Notes: a model not told the origin generated them from the sequence alone. Counted from the first letter of the stretch, positions 25,538 through 34,183 are shown. The stretch: DNA of 64,000 bases from Candidatus Woesearchaeota archaeon (GCA_028818155.1 JAPPOH010000008.1:10376-74375), one strand, 5' to 3'. Translations and numbers: made by a program.

Positions 25538-28500
25538 TTGGGTGTTTCGGTGGTACACAAGAGGATAACACTCGCGCTAGTCCTAGTGCTACTCCTGCCC
25601 TTTTTATACGCAGCAACCTCAACCACTATCACAACACCAACGAACAACACATTTCTCACAGGAAACACAGACATCAACGCCACGTTTAACGGCACGACAA
25701 ACATCACTATTCTCTACAATGATACAACACTGAACACATCAGTAAACGAATCAGGATCCTATTCCTTCACGTGGCCAACAAACAACGGCTCATTCCCTGA
25801 CGGGGTGTACAACCTCACTATCATTGTCGTGAACGAGACAAACCAATCGGATAACGACACAGCGTATGTCAGTAACCTCACAATTGACAACACCCCACCA
25901 ACAGTCACAACACTCACCGTCAACGACACAACACCGCTGAGCAACGATACAACGGTAAATTTCAGAGTCAATGTATCTGATACGAACAACGTCTCACTTG
26001 TACAACTCTCAAGCGGCGCAATCAACGCGAACATGACACGTATCGCAGGCGATGTCTTCAACGGCATGTACGAACTGAACACATCACTCGCAACGTTCGC
26101 CTGCGTGAACGAATCAGTCTGTACGCTCAGCGTCCTTGCTGATGATCTCGTCTCGAATAGGAACGACTCAGTCAACACAACCCAGTTCCCAGTCTTCACA
26201 GACAGTATCCCGCCACGGATCCTCTTCAACGGGACAAACGTCACAACAGCAGCAGCAGGAGACAATATCACGATCGCAGCACAATGGCAAGAAGTAGCAT
26301 TCATCAGCAACACCAGCTACACAGCCACGTTCGACAGATACAACGGCGCGGCATTCGCCTCAACACACCCATACCTCCAAGTATGGTCAAACAGCCTTCT
26401 AGAAACGAACTACACGAACGTCACGTACAACGTGAACGGTTCCGATGAAGGACAAACACTCACCTTTCGAGTAACACTAGAGGATACGAGCACATTCACG
26501 AACACAACTGAAAACCTCACCGTAACAATCAGCAATAGCTCCCCCACAGCAACGCTCATCTCACCATTCAACACCTCAACCATTGCGGACACAACAGGTA
26601 TTGTGCTCGAATTCTTCGACCAAGGAAGCGGCATCGATCTCACAACATTCACGATCAATATCACAAACGATGCCGTGAACACCTCAATAAACTATACGTC
26701 AAACAGCTCACTCTTCAGTTGCACAGCAAACACAACAACAATCACCGACAACCAAACGTGCACCGTTTCACTATCGCCATTCAGCGGCAATATAACACTC
26801 AACACACACGTCGAAGACCTTGTAGGGAACGAAGTGAACACAACACTCGCATACTTTATCGTGCAAGCACCCGACATCGTGAATATTTCCGCAAACAATC
26901 AATCGCTTGCAGTCACAACACCAGATGCGAGCATCAGCGCGTCAATCACAAACACGTCAAGAGAAATCACGCTCAACTGGAGTGTGGATGTGAACACAGC
27001 GGTGAACCAAACAACGATCGCTTTCGTGAACGTGACAGACCCGCAAGCAATAGTAAGAACAACGATACCTGCAGGCGTTCTCTATAACATTACCGCCGGA
27101 AAGAATTACCTTACTATTAACACAACACTGAACAACTCTCCAATCACAGAAACGGTTCAAATTAACTTGACCGCAAACGTCCCGCTCAACATCACATCGA
27201 TTGCAGCACAATACACAAAGGATATGGTGGTGAGCTTTAACGTCTCAGAGAACGGTATCGATATCACAAACGCGACGCGACAAGTCGACACAACGCTTGA
27301 ACTGCTCGTGAACGTGACGAACACAACATATCAGGCTGAGTTCAACTACACAGAAGTGAACGGTACAGCGGTCAGATGGAACGCATCCAGCGACGCATTC
27401 AATGCAGTCGCCGCAACTGGAGCACGGCTCTCAGAGCTCGGCAACAGAACATTCACGAACGTGTCATTCGTTATCCAAAGCGCCGGCCAGACAGAGTTGT
27501 TCTTCGACGAACAGCAGTACAGGGTGCACGTTGAGCTCAACGTCACACTGACGAACCTTACGCCATACTACACGTCAGATGACAACATATACCTCTTAGA
27601 GGCGTGTAGCGCAGCACCAACAACACCAATCAATGATTCAGACGCATGCTACCTGAACGGTACGAATACAACAATACTATATCTTCCGGCATTCGACAGT
27701 GGCGATGAACTATTCTTCGGCTCACCGAACGGCATTAACACAACACTCATTACCAATACGACAATCAATCAAAGCGTTATCCCACTCCACATCAGTGTCG
27801 CAACTATACTTCCAAACACAACATTCTGTACGTACAACGTGAGCTCTTACAACGTAACATCCGGAAACTCCACACAAAACGCAACAGCAACGCTTGGACC
27901 TGACGTGTTCACAATCAATGGGTTCCAATGGTCATACCAGCAAAATCTCACAGGATACGAAGACGGGTTATACAACTTCAGTCTCACGTGTGCAGAACAA
28001 CTTGGCAATACAGACACAGTGACAGCAACACTGAACATCACAGATACAACACCACCAACTATTTCACAAGTCACATCATCAAGTGTCGGACAAGACAGCG
28101 CAACCATTTCCGGTATCGCTGACGAAGTCGTCACCTTTACGTTGAAATACAGCACAGACGAGGACGATCTAAGCCTTTCAGAGGCAGGCACAACAGGCAC
28201 AGCAGAGAGTATCGACCTCGAGGATCTAAGTGCGGGTACAACATATTACTTTAACCTCACTGCATGCGACATAAACGGACGCTGTGGCACATCAGCAACA
28301 CTATCATTCACTACTGGAACACCATCTGTTAGTTCAGGAGGTGGTGGCGGTGGTGGTGGCGGAGGAGGAGGCGAAAAAGAGGTACTGGAAGGCACTATTG
28401 AAGAAACAGAAACTCGACTCTGGAATGCTGTCGCTTCAGGTCCTATCGAATACGATCCAATTGGTGTAGCATTCACATTCCTGAGCGTACACTTCGACAA

Positions 28501-29275
28501 AACAGCAACACGCGTTTCATTCACGATCAATCAGTTCGTCGGAAAACCAACATCGGTTGATCCAGCACCGAACACGATCTACAAGTATCTTGAGATCGAA
28601 CACAAAAACACAGATGACACGTCAAAACACATGCTTGAGTTTCGTGTGCCGAAGTCATGGCTCTTGGAAGAGCATATTATTGATGATACCATCGCCTTTT
28701 ATCGCCTCGAAGAAGACTGGAAGCAGTACAAAATAGAGAAAATCGAGGAGACTGACATCGAGATGCAGTACCGTGTCAAACTCCCAGGGTTCAGCTTCTT
28801 TGCAATCGGAGGGGAAGCTGACAAACCGGCTGTGGTGGTGCAGCAGAATCAGACAACGCCACCTACAAACACAACACTGGAAGTGGAAGAACCAGCAGCG
28901 CCTGTAGAAGAAGCACCTACGCCCTTCGTGTCCGCACTTGACAGAGAGGTGAAGAAGGGCATCCCGCCACTTCTTACTATTATTGGCGTCCTTGTCATAG
29001 TCACAGCGCTCGTTCTTCTGGGCCTCCAGCAGTACAAACTTCACCAAAAGAGAAAGAGCGACAATGAAGTCAAGCTACAAGAGGAGATCCAGGAACAACA
29101 AGGAAGAATCACGAAACCGCTTGACAGGCCAGCAGATCATGATCCAATGGCGCAACTGCACGCATATATCGTGCACATGCGTCAGAAAGGATTCCCAGAT
29201 GAGCATATCGAGAAGCGGCTAAAGCATATAGGTTGGGATGAAGTCATCATAAGTCAGGAGATGCTTCGAGACTAA
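25538..29275 (+). CDS. giant N-glycosylation-sequon-rich surface protein with FN3-like and PGF-pre-PGF-like domains, a C-terminal TM helix and a cytoplasmic tail (1245 aa)
   Basis: TTG start and a signal peptide (ITLALVLVLLLPFLYAA). I counted about 80 N-x-S/T sequons by hand. Also present: a Gly12 linker, ..LEFRVPKSWLLEE..YRLEEDWKQY..VKLPGFSFFAIGG, and the TM helix IPPLLTIIGVLVIVTALVLLGL. Confidence 0.75.
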   Translation: MGVSVVHKRITLALVLVLLLPFLYAATSTTITTPTNNTFLTGNTDINATFNGTTNITILYNDTTLNTSVNESGSYSFTWPTNNGSFPDGVYNLTIIVVNETNQSDNDTAYVSNLTIDNTPPTVTTLTVNDTTPLSNDTTVNFRVNVSDTNNVSLVQLSSGAINANMTRIAGDVFNGMYELNTSLATFACVNESVCTLSVLADDLVSNRNDSVNTTQFPVFTDSIPPRILFNGTNVTTAAAGDNITIAAQWQEVAFISNTSYTATFDRYNGAAFASTHPYLQVWSNSLLETNYTNVTYNVNGSDEGQTLTFRVTLEDTSTFTNTTENLTVTISNSSPTATLISPFNTSTIADTTGIVLEFFDQGSGIDLTTFTINITNDAVNTSINYTSNSSLFSCTANTTTITDNQTCTVSLSPFSGNITLNTHVEDLVGNEVNTTLAYFIVQAPDIVNISANNQSLAVTTPDASISASITNTSREITLNWSVDVNTAVNQTTIAFVNVTDPQAIVRTTIPAGVLYNITAGKNYLTINTTLNNSPITETVQINLTANVPLNITSIAAQYTKDMVVSFNVSENGIDITNATRQVDTTLELLVNVTNTTYQAEFNYTEVNGTAVRWNASSDAFNAVAATGARLSELGNRTFTNVSFVIQSAGQTELFFDEQQYRVHVELNVTLTNLTPYYTSDDNIYLLEACSAAPTTPINDSDACYLNGTNTTILYLPAFDSGDELFFGSPNGINTTLITNTTINQSVIPLHISVATILPNTTFCTYNVSSYNVTSGNSTQNATATLGPDVFTINGFQWSYQQNLTGYEDGLYNFSLTCAEQLGNTDTVTATLNITDTTPPTISQVTSSSVGQDSATISGIADEVVTFTLKYSTDEDDLSLSEAGTTGTAESIDLEDLSAGTTYYFNLTACDINGRCGTSATLSFTTGTPSVSSGGGGGGGGGGGGEKEVLEGTIEETETRLWNAVASGPIEYDPIGVAFTFLSVHFDKTATRVSFTINQFVGKPTSVDPAPNTIYKYLEIEHKNTDDTSKHMLEFRVPKSWLLEEHIIDDTIAFYRLEEDWKQYKIEKIEETDIEMQYRVKLPGFSFFAIGGEADKPAVVVQQNQTTPPTNTTLEVEEPAAPVEEAPTPFVSALDREVKKGIPPLLTIIGVLVIVTALVLLGLQQYKLHQKRKSDNEVKLQEEIQEQQGRITKPLDRPADHDPMAQLHAYIVHMRQKGFPDEHIEKRLKHIGWDEVIISQEMLRD

Positions 29276-29517
29276 AGTGATTCTTTAATCTCCTCTAACT
29301 GACCAGAAATGCCATATAATTGTGTCTTTACATAATTCGGGATATTGACGTCAGCACTAATATCCTCAACAAGCTCGAGCGCTTTCGCAATTTTCGTCTG
29401 CTCATCTCCTGACTCGCGCAATTCTTCCATCATGCGTCCGAGCTTCTCCTGTACTGTTTTCGGTGTTGTGCTATCCTCAAGCAGATAGTCCACTGTTGCT
29501 GCGACTTTCTCATACAT
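29272..29517 (-). CDS. UPF0147-family small helical protein (81 aa)
   Basis: ..DVNIPNYVKTQLYGISGQLEE.. resembles the conserved UPF0147 C-terminal block. It is the last gene of the r-protein/prefoldin operon. Confidence 0.5.
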   Translation of the reverse strand: MYEKVAATVDYLLEDSTTPKTVQEKLGRMMEELRESGDEQTKIAKALELVEDISADVNIPNYVKTQLYGISGQLEEIKESL

Positions 29518-29807
29518 TATGCATCACCAAGAAGTGCTTGTTGTTCTTTCTCAAGCTGCTGCTGCAGTTTTTGCTCTTGTTTCTCAATACTCGCGATCCT
29601 CGTTGTGAGTGATTGTTTTCGCTCCTGTAACTCTTCTTTGAGTTTCGCAGGATCCGCCTTCAGCATAATACTCCCGACAAGTTTGTATGCTTCTTCTTCA
29701 TCAGTCAGCTCGTGCAAAGCGCTCTCAGCCTCGTTGAGCTGTGCCATGTAGGACTGCTTCTGCACGACGTGTGTGTGCAATGCCCTTTCGATTTCTTCAA
29801 TTGTCAT
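29517..29807 (-). CDS. pfdB: prefoldin beta subunit (96 aa)
   Basis: Two coiled-coil arms around the hairpin ..EEAYKLVGSIMLKADPAKLKEEL... Confidence 0.7.
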   Translation of the reverse strand: MTIEEIERALHTHVVQKQSYMAQLNEAESALHELTDEEEAYKLVGSIMLKADPAKLKEELQERKQSLTTRIASIEKQEQKLQQQLEKEQQALLGDA

Positions 29808-30012
29808 TGGTCTGCTCGTACACGCTCAAGATGCTCGTGACACTGTTCATCGCTGCTCGAAGGGCGCGAACGTCCTTGGCCGTGATGATAAAGACACCAC
29901 CATCGTTGATTGTGATTGATGATCGCTCGTGCGTTCTCTTGAGTTCATCCTTGAAGAGTTCCCGCATGACCTCGGTTGACTGTCCTGTTTCTAGACGACA
30001 GGTGAGGTTCAT
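29797..30012 (-). CDS. pcc1: KEOPS subunit Pcc1-like (71 aa)
   Basis: ..ITAKDVRALRAAMNSVTSILSV.. matches the Pcc1 C-terminal helix. ATG 30012 forms an ATGA overlap with the rpoP stop. The longer track ORF (to 30078) overlaps rpoP. Confidence 0.6.
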   Translation of the reverse strand: MNLTCRLETGQSTEVMRELFKDELKRTHERSSITINDGGVFIITAKDVRALRAAMNSVTSILSVYEQTNDN

Positions 30013-30140
30013 TGCGCTCGGATTTTTACTGTAGCAGTGCGTGATTTGAAGACAATCCTGCTCCCGCAATACATACAACGTACACGCTTCTTAATCTGCT
30101 CTTCTTTGAGTTCTTTGTTACAGGAGAAGCACTTATACAT
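30009..30140 (-). CDS. rpoP: DNA-directed RNA polymerase subunit P/Rpo12 (43 aa)
   Basis: Below the ORF-track size cut-off. My translation is MYKCFSCNKELKEEQIKKRVRCMYCGSRIVFKSRTATVKIRAQ, with the CxxC...CxxC zinc ribbon typical of RpoP. It overlaps the rpl37ae stop by 8 nt. Confidence 0.8.
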   Translation of the reverse strand: MYKCFSCNKELKEEQIKKRVRCMYCGSRIVFKSRTATVKIRAQ

Positions 30141-30378
30141 CAGATTCCACCGCTCTACTCTTCACTGGTTCTGGCTTCGCGAGTTGGTATGCTTTGCTCG
30201 CAAACTTGGACTTACATTTTGTACAGTACCAGATACCTGCAGCAAGTCGCTTAACTGCTTTGTACGCACAGTATGGACATTCTTGCTTTCCTTGGTAGCC
30301 TGATTCTGCCTTTGCCAATCGTTCTCGGGTTGTACGCCCATATCGAGGACCGTACCGAGTAACAACTCGATTCGCCAT
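30133..30378 (-). CDS. rpl37ae: 50S ribosomal protein L37Ae (eL43), 81 aa
   Basis: RYGPRYGRTTRERL..CPYC..WYCTKC zinc-ribbon r-protein signature. Confidence 0.9.
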   Translation of the reverse strand: MANRVVTRYGPRYGRTTRERLAKAESGYQGKQECPYCAYKAVKRLAAGIWYCTKCKSKFASKAYQLAKPEPVKSRAVESDV

Positions 30379-30401
30379 AAGATCCCAGAATCCACAAGTG
30401 C

Positions 30402-30409
30402 TTTATAAA
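30402..30409 (-). promoter_or_regulatory. TATA box (CTTTATAAAG context) of the rpl37ae operon
   Basis: Lies 23 nt upstream of ATG 30378. The same decamer type is seen upstream of rps3ae. Confidence 0.55.
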
Positions 30410-30539
30410 GGTTGCTGTGGGCTCTCGACGTGCCTGTCCGGCGTACATATATATGCATACCACATGGGTGACGTACTGTGTACTCTGTATGCACATATGA
30501 TTATAGTATCCGTTCTCCGACTCGTTTGTGGTGGGGACT

Positions 30540-31442
30540 ATGAGAAGAAAAATTGTACAACACGGACCAAATACATTGACAATATCAATTCCAGCAGACT
30601 GGGTTCGTGAGCACGGAATGCAGAAAGGAGATGAAGTGAACGTTGAGCGTGTCAACCAAGGACTTCTTCTTACCACAGATAAAGGCGTCCATCTCCAAAA
30701 GAAAACGATCAATATCAAGGGAATCAAGCATGTTACCGCTGAGGCATTCGCAGCATTGTATAAGCGAGGCTATGACGAAATCGTCATCCAATATAGCACT
30801 CCTGAGGAGCGAGATGAAATCCACGCGATTCTCAGCAGAGGATACATGGGCTTCGAGATCATCCAAGAATCACCAAACGAAATGTACATCAGAAACGTTA
30901 CAGAGCCTTCAAAGAAGGAGTTCAAAACGCTCTTTCGGAGAATTTTCTACTTCTTACTCGCTATTTCAGAGGATAGTGTTGTTGCTATCAAAGAACATGA
31001 TGGGTATCAACGACTTATTCAGATGAATGACAACATTAAACGACTCACAGAGTTTTGTCGTCGTATGATCGCGAAGCATGGACAAAAGTCATATTCGAGC
31101 GATACGGCGATCTACTATATTCTTGAGCACCTTGAAAAAATCGCCATGACGTACACAGAGATCAATGAGCATTTGTCTCGTCGGAAGAAAAAAACTTCAG
31201 AGAAATACCATGAATTGTACATGGATGTCGATAAACTTTTGCGTGTGTATCAAGAATTGTTCTTCCAATTCACACTTGACAAGTCTGACGCGTTCGTTAA
31301 AATGCACAATGAAGCACAGAAAGGATTGCAAAAACATATGGAGAATGCAGAAAAGGACGACCTTGAGTTGTTACATCTTTTCGAAAAGACATCGAGACAG
31401 ATTTGTAGCCTCAACAACCCCACACTAGTCTTGCATTTGTAA
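30540..31442 (+). CDS. AbrB/SpoVT-PhoU fusion regulator (archaeal PhoU-type), paralog 1 (300 aa)
   Basis: MRRKIVQHGPNTLTISIPADWVREHGMQKGDEV swapped-hairpin domain followed by a helical PhoU-like region. Paralogous to 49472-50362. Confidence 0.7.
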   Translation: MRRKIVQHGPNTLTISIPADWVREHGMQKGDEVNVERVNQGLLLTTDKGVHLQKKTINIKGIKHVTAEAFAALYKRGYDEIVIQYSTPEERDEIHAILSRGYMGFEIIQESPNEMYIRNVTEPSKKEFKTLFRRIFYFLLAISEDSVVAIKEHDGYQRLIQMNDNIKRLTEFCRRMIAKHGQKSYSSDTAIYYILEHLEKIAMTYTEINEHLSRRKKKTSEKYHELYMDVDKLLRVYQELFFQFTLDKSDAFVKMHNEAQKGLQKHMENAEKDDLELLHLFEKTSRQICSLNNPTLVLHL

Positions 31443-31517
31443 CCATAATGTCATGTATATGTGGAAAAACACTTTATCCGACGTTTTTGAGAAGAGAAGT
31501 ACTCCGGTGAGGGATAC

Positions 31518-31781
31518 ATGGTACTAAGAAAAAGAGTGACAGCTAGAGTTGTTGAATGGTTTCTCTTTCTGTTGATGCTCTGCTTCGGAGCAGCAGGGGT
31601 GTTCATCTTCATATCTGCGGTCGAGCTCAGTAATCCTGATCCAATAGTAATCGTCATCGAACTCTTGCTTATCATACTTATCGCGATCCTCGCAATGAGT
31701 GCAGTACTTGTCAAATTATACGAACAGAACATTATACCTGGTTACAAGCAAGATAGAGCACTCGAGCTGGCAGAAAAATGA
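31518..31781 (+). CDS. small two-TM membrane protein (87 aa)
   Basis: GGTGAGG lies upstream of the ATG. ATGA overlap with the following archaellin gene. Confidence 0.45.
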   Translation: MVLRKRVTARVVEWFLFLLMLCFGAAGVFIFISAVELSNPDPIVIVIELLLIILIAILAMSAVLVKLYEQNIIPGYKQDRALELAEK

Positions 31782-32362
31782 ACAAGAAAGCAGTGATGGG
31801 AATTGGCATGCTGATCATCTTTATTGCTACAGTGCTCGTATCTGCAGTCGCAGCAGGAGTACTCATTAAATCTACTGGACTCTTACAGCAGAAAGCACTC
31901 ATCGTTGAAGAGTCGACACGAGAGCGTCTCGTGAACGGTGTGGAAGTTTTCGCAGTCTTTGGCACAGGAAACGTCTCAAATGAGAGCATTGCCGAGTTTG
32001 AGTTCCTCACACGTGTGAAGCCAGGATCAACGCCAGTGCAGATGAAAAATCTCGGTATTTCGTTCGTTTCAGGCAGCCTCGCATTCTCAGCTGAACTCAA
32101 TGACTCAATGATTGGAGACAGTTGCACATTCTCTAGTCTTATCGCAGAGACGCAATTCTGCTTCGACAATAGACTAGGAAACAACGACACAATCTTCGAA
32201 GAAGGCGAACTCTTCGCGATCAAATATAAAATCAATGCTTCCAACGCGCTTCCAACAGAAACAGACTTTGAAGTCACATTCCTACCGAAGAACGGCGCAC
32301 TCGAAGTGCAACTCCTCAGGACGCCACAACTCGTCCTCCAAAGTAAAATCCGCATACGGTAG
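31778..32362 (+). CDS. arlB: archaellin, divergent copy (194 aa)
   Basis: Class III signal peptide MNKKA/VMGIGMLIIFIATVLVSAVAAGVLIKSTGLLQQKA. Confidence 0.8.
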   Translation: MNKKAVMGIGMLIIFIATVLVSAVAAGVLIKSTGLLQQKALIVEESTRERLVNGVEVFAVFGTGNVSNESIAEFEFLTRVKPGSTPVQMKNLGISFVSGSLAFSAELNDSMIGDSCTFSSLIAETQFCFDNRLGNNDTIFEEGELFAIKYKINASNALPTETDFEVTFLPKNGALEVQLLRTPQLVLQSKIRIR

Positions 32363-32368
32363 TGCCCT

Positions 32369-33451
32369 ATGAAGGTACTCGACGATCTCCTCAAAAAAAT
32401 TACGGGCAAGTCTGACGAACCAGCAGAGCCAGAAGCACCTCCTGCTGACGGGGCTGAAGCAGCACCAAAAAATGAGCATACGCCTGAACAGGATGCACTT
32501 ACAGACGTATTGAAGCACCTAGATGATCTTTCTGAGAATGTTAACGGCAAAATCATGCAAGTTGACAATAAAATTAAGGAGTTTGAAACACGGTATGAAA
32601 AGAACAAAGAGATGCAAGAGCTCAGGGAACGTATAGAAAAAGTTGAAAAAACACTCGAAGAGTTCTCGGGGGTGTACGAGATGATTAGTAATCAGTACAA
32701 CCCATTCGTGAAGGACCAAAAACAGCAGCCTGACCCGAAGCCACCGCCAGCACCTACATCACCTCCTCCCTCTCAACCAACTCCACCACCAATTTCTCAC
32801 AAACAACCCACACCTCCTACGCATGATCTCCCAACATTGCCACAGCACCCTACACCAATCGCAAAAGACCATGCACTCCTGCCAAACCCGAAGATTTCTG
32901 TTCAGGAAGAGCGGAAGCGTCGCTTACACGAAAACAAGGCAGCACACGATAAAGTCAAGCATATCAAGGAGGTGGACGTTGAGGAAAAGATAAGCAAGCA
33001 GGTGCAGCGAGTCGGGAACATCCACGTCAATGAATCACTGCATGTCGAAGGTGTTGATGGTCCAAAGGAGAATGCACAACAGATGGAGATTGATACGCAT
33101 GATCCTGATCAAGTGAGTATCGCGATGGATAAGCTCACAGGAATAAATGACACGCTCAAGAAAGGGATTATCGATTCTATTCTTCTTCAAAAGAAAGAAG
33201 AGCCGACACTGACGAAAAGAGTACAGGACAAACAACGATTCGTTGCCGTTGGACACCATCCGCTCGCCACACTGGGAGAGCTTGCTATGGCGTTGAACAG
33301 CTCAGAAGCACTTTTCCGTGAGCACGTTGGCCCAAGAAAAGACCATTTCGCTGACTGGATCGAGCATGCAGTACAACACCCAGCACTTGCCGGAAAGCTT
33401 CGACACATCAAGGAGAAAGAAAAGTACATTCTGACGATCTTATATGCCTAA
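32369..33451 (+). CDS. arlC: ArlC/FlaC-like coiled-coil protein fused to a Pro-rich linker and an unassigned C-terminal helical domain (360 aa)
   Basis: The coiled coil ends in FSGVYEMISNQYNPFV, as I recall the FlaC_arch signature. It is followed by PDPKPPPAPTSPPPSQPTPPP. The C-terminal ~110 aa were not recognised as FlaD/E. Confidence 0.55.
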   Translation: MKVLDDLLKKITGKSDEPAEPEAPPADGAEAAPKNEHTPEQDALTDVLKHLDDLSENVNGKIMQVDNKIKEFETRYEKNKEMQELRERIEKVEKTLEEFSGVYEMISNQYNPFVKDQKQQPDPKPPPAPTSPPPSQPTPPPISHKQPTPPTHDLPTLPQHPTPIAKDHALLPNPKISVQEERKRRLHENKAAHDKVKHIKEVDVEEKISKQVQRVGNIHVNESLHVEGVDGPKENAQQMEIDTHDPDQVSIAMDKLTGINDTLKKGIIDSILLQKKEEPTLTKRVQDKQRFVAVGHHPLATLGELAMALNSSEALFREHVGPRKDHFADWIEHAVQHPALAGKLRHIKEKEKYILTILYA

Positions 33452-33467
33452 AAAGAAGGGGTGGGGC

Positions 33468-34073
33468 CTAATCTCGGCCCCGGTAGACTACCTTCTTCTC
33501 AAAGGGACAACGTTGAAACGCGGATGACACGGTGCGGGTGATGAATGAATCCCAGTTATTCAAAAGAAGCTCAACTCGCTCAAGCGGAATGTCTGTTTGG
33601 AGTGCAATCTCTTCTGCGGTATAGAATTTTGTCGCGTTCTGATTCAGAAAATCAACAATTTTCATCGTGGTTCTGCTGTCGACCCACAATCCTTGGAAGA
33701 ATTTTTCCATTTTCGCGCGTACATCAGCACTTTTGTGTACAAAGAGGACGTTTGGTGTGATGACTTTCTGTTTCTTGCCCTCGTAGATCATTTTTGTGGT
33801 GATAAGCTCTGCTTCTTCAAGCTTCTTGAGTGTCTCATGTAGTGTTGACATCGAGTGGCCAATTGCGTGTTTGAGTTCTGGGACGGACATCTGGCTCTTC
33901 TGTGAGAGTTGCATGAGTATTTTTCTTGGAATTTCTTGCGCCCACATTGTCATTATCTGCCCTTTCTTTGTCGCATCAGTGTTTGCAGGGAAAAATTCCT
34001 TTATTGTCTCAGTCTTTGCATGATAGTAGACCATCGGTCGCATCTCTTCCATGAGTGTTGGGGTAATTAGCAT
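33468..34073 (-). CDS. winged-helix transcriptional regulator (ArsR/TrmB-like), 201 aa
   Basis: ..MSVPELKHAIGHSMSTLHETLKKLEEAELITTK.. HTH, plus a second wHTH-like region at the C-terminus. Encoded antisense inside the archaellum locus. Confidence 0.6.
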   Translation of the reverse strand: MLITPTLMEEMRPMVYYHAKTETIKEFFPANTDATKKGQIMTMWAQEIPRKILMQLSQKSQMSVPELKHAIGHSMSTLHETLKKLEEAELITTKMIYEGKKQKVITPNVLFVHKSADVRAKMEKFFQGLWVDSRTTMKIVDFLNQNATKFYTAEEIALQTDIPLERVELLLNNWDSFITRTVSSAFQRCPFEKKVVYRGRD

Positions 34074-34183
34074 AGTTCTTATACGTTTCTCCTAATATTT
34101 AAATTTATCTATTTATTCGATAATTCCGAATTAATGGAAAAGTTTATATACGTTTTTGCCCGCTGCACAGTTGTGCAGTAACG

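Noticed and set aside
28337-28372. G-rich tract (GGAGGTGGTGGCGGTGGTGGTGGCGGAGGAGGAGGC) as a repeat element, slippage site or G-quadruplex.
   Set aside because: It is in frame and encodes a Gly12 linker with mixed codons. It has no homopolymer run and only GG doublets, so a structural DNA role is unsupported.
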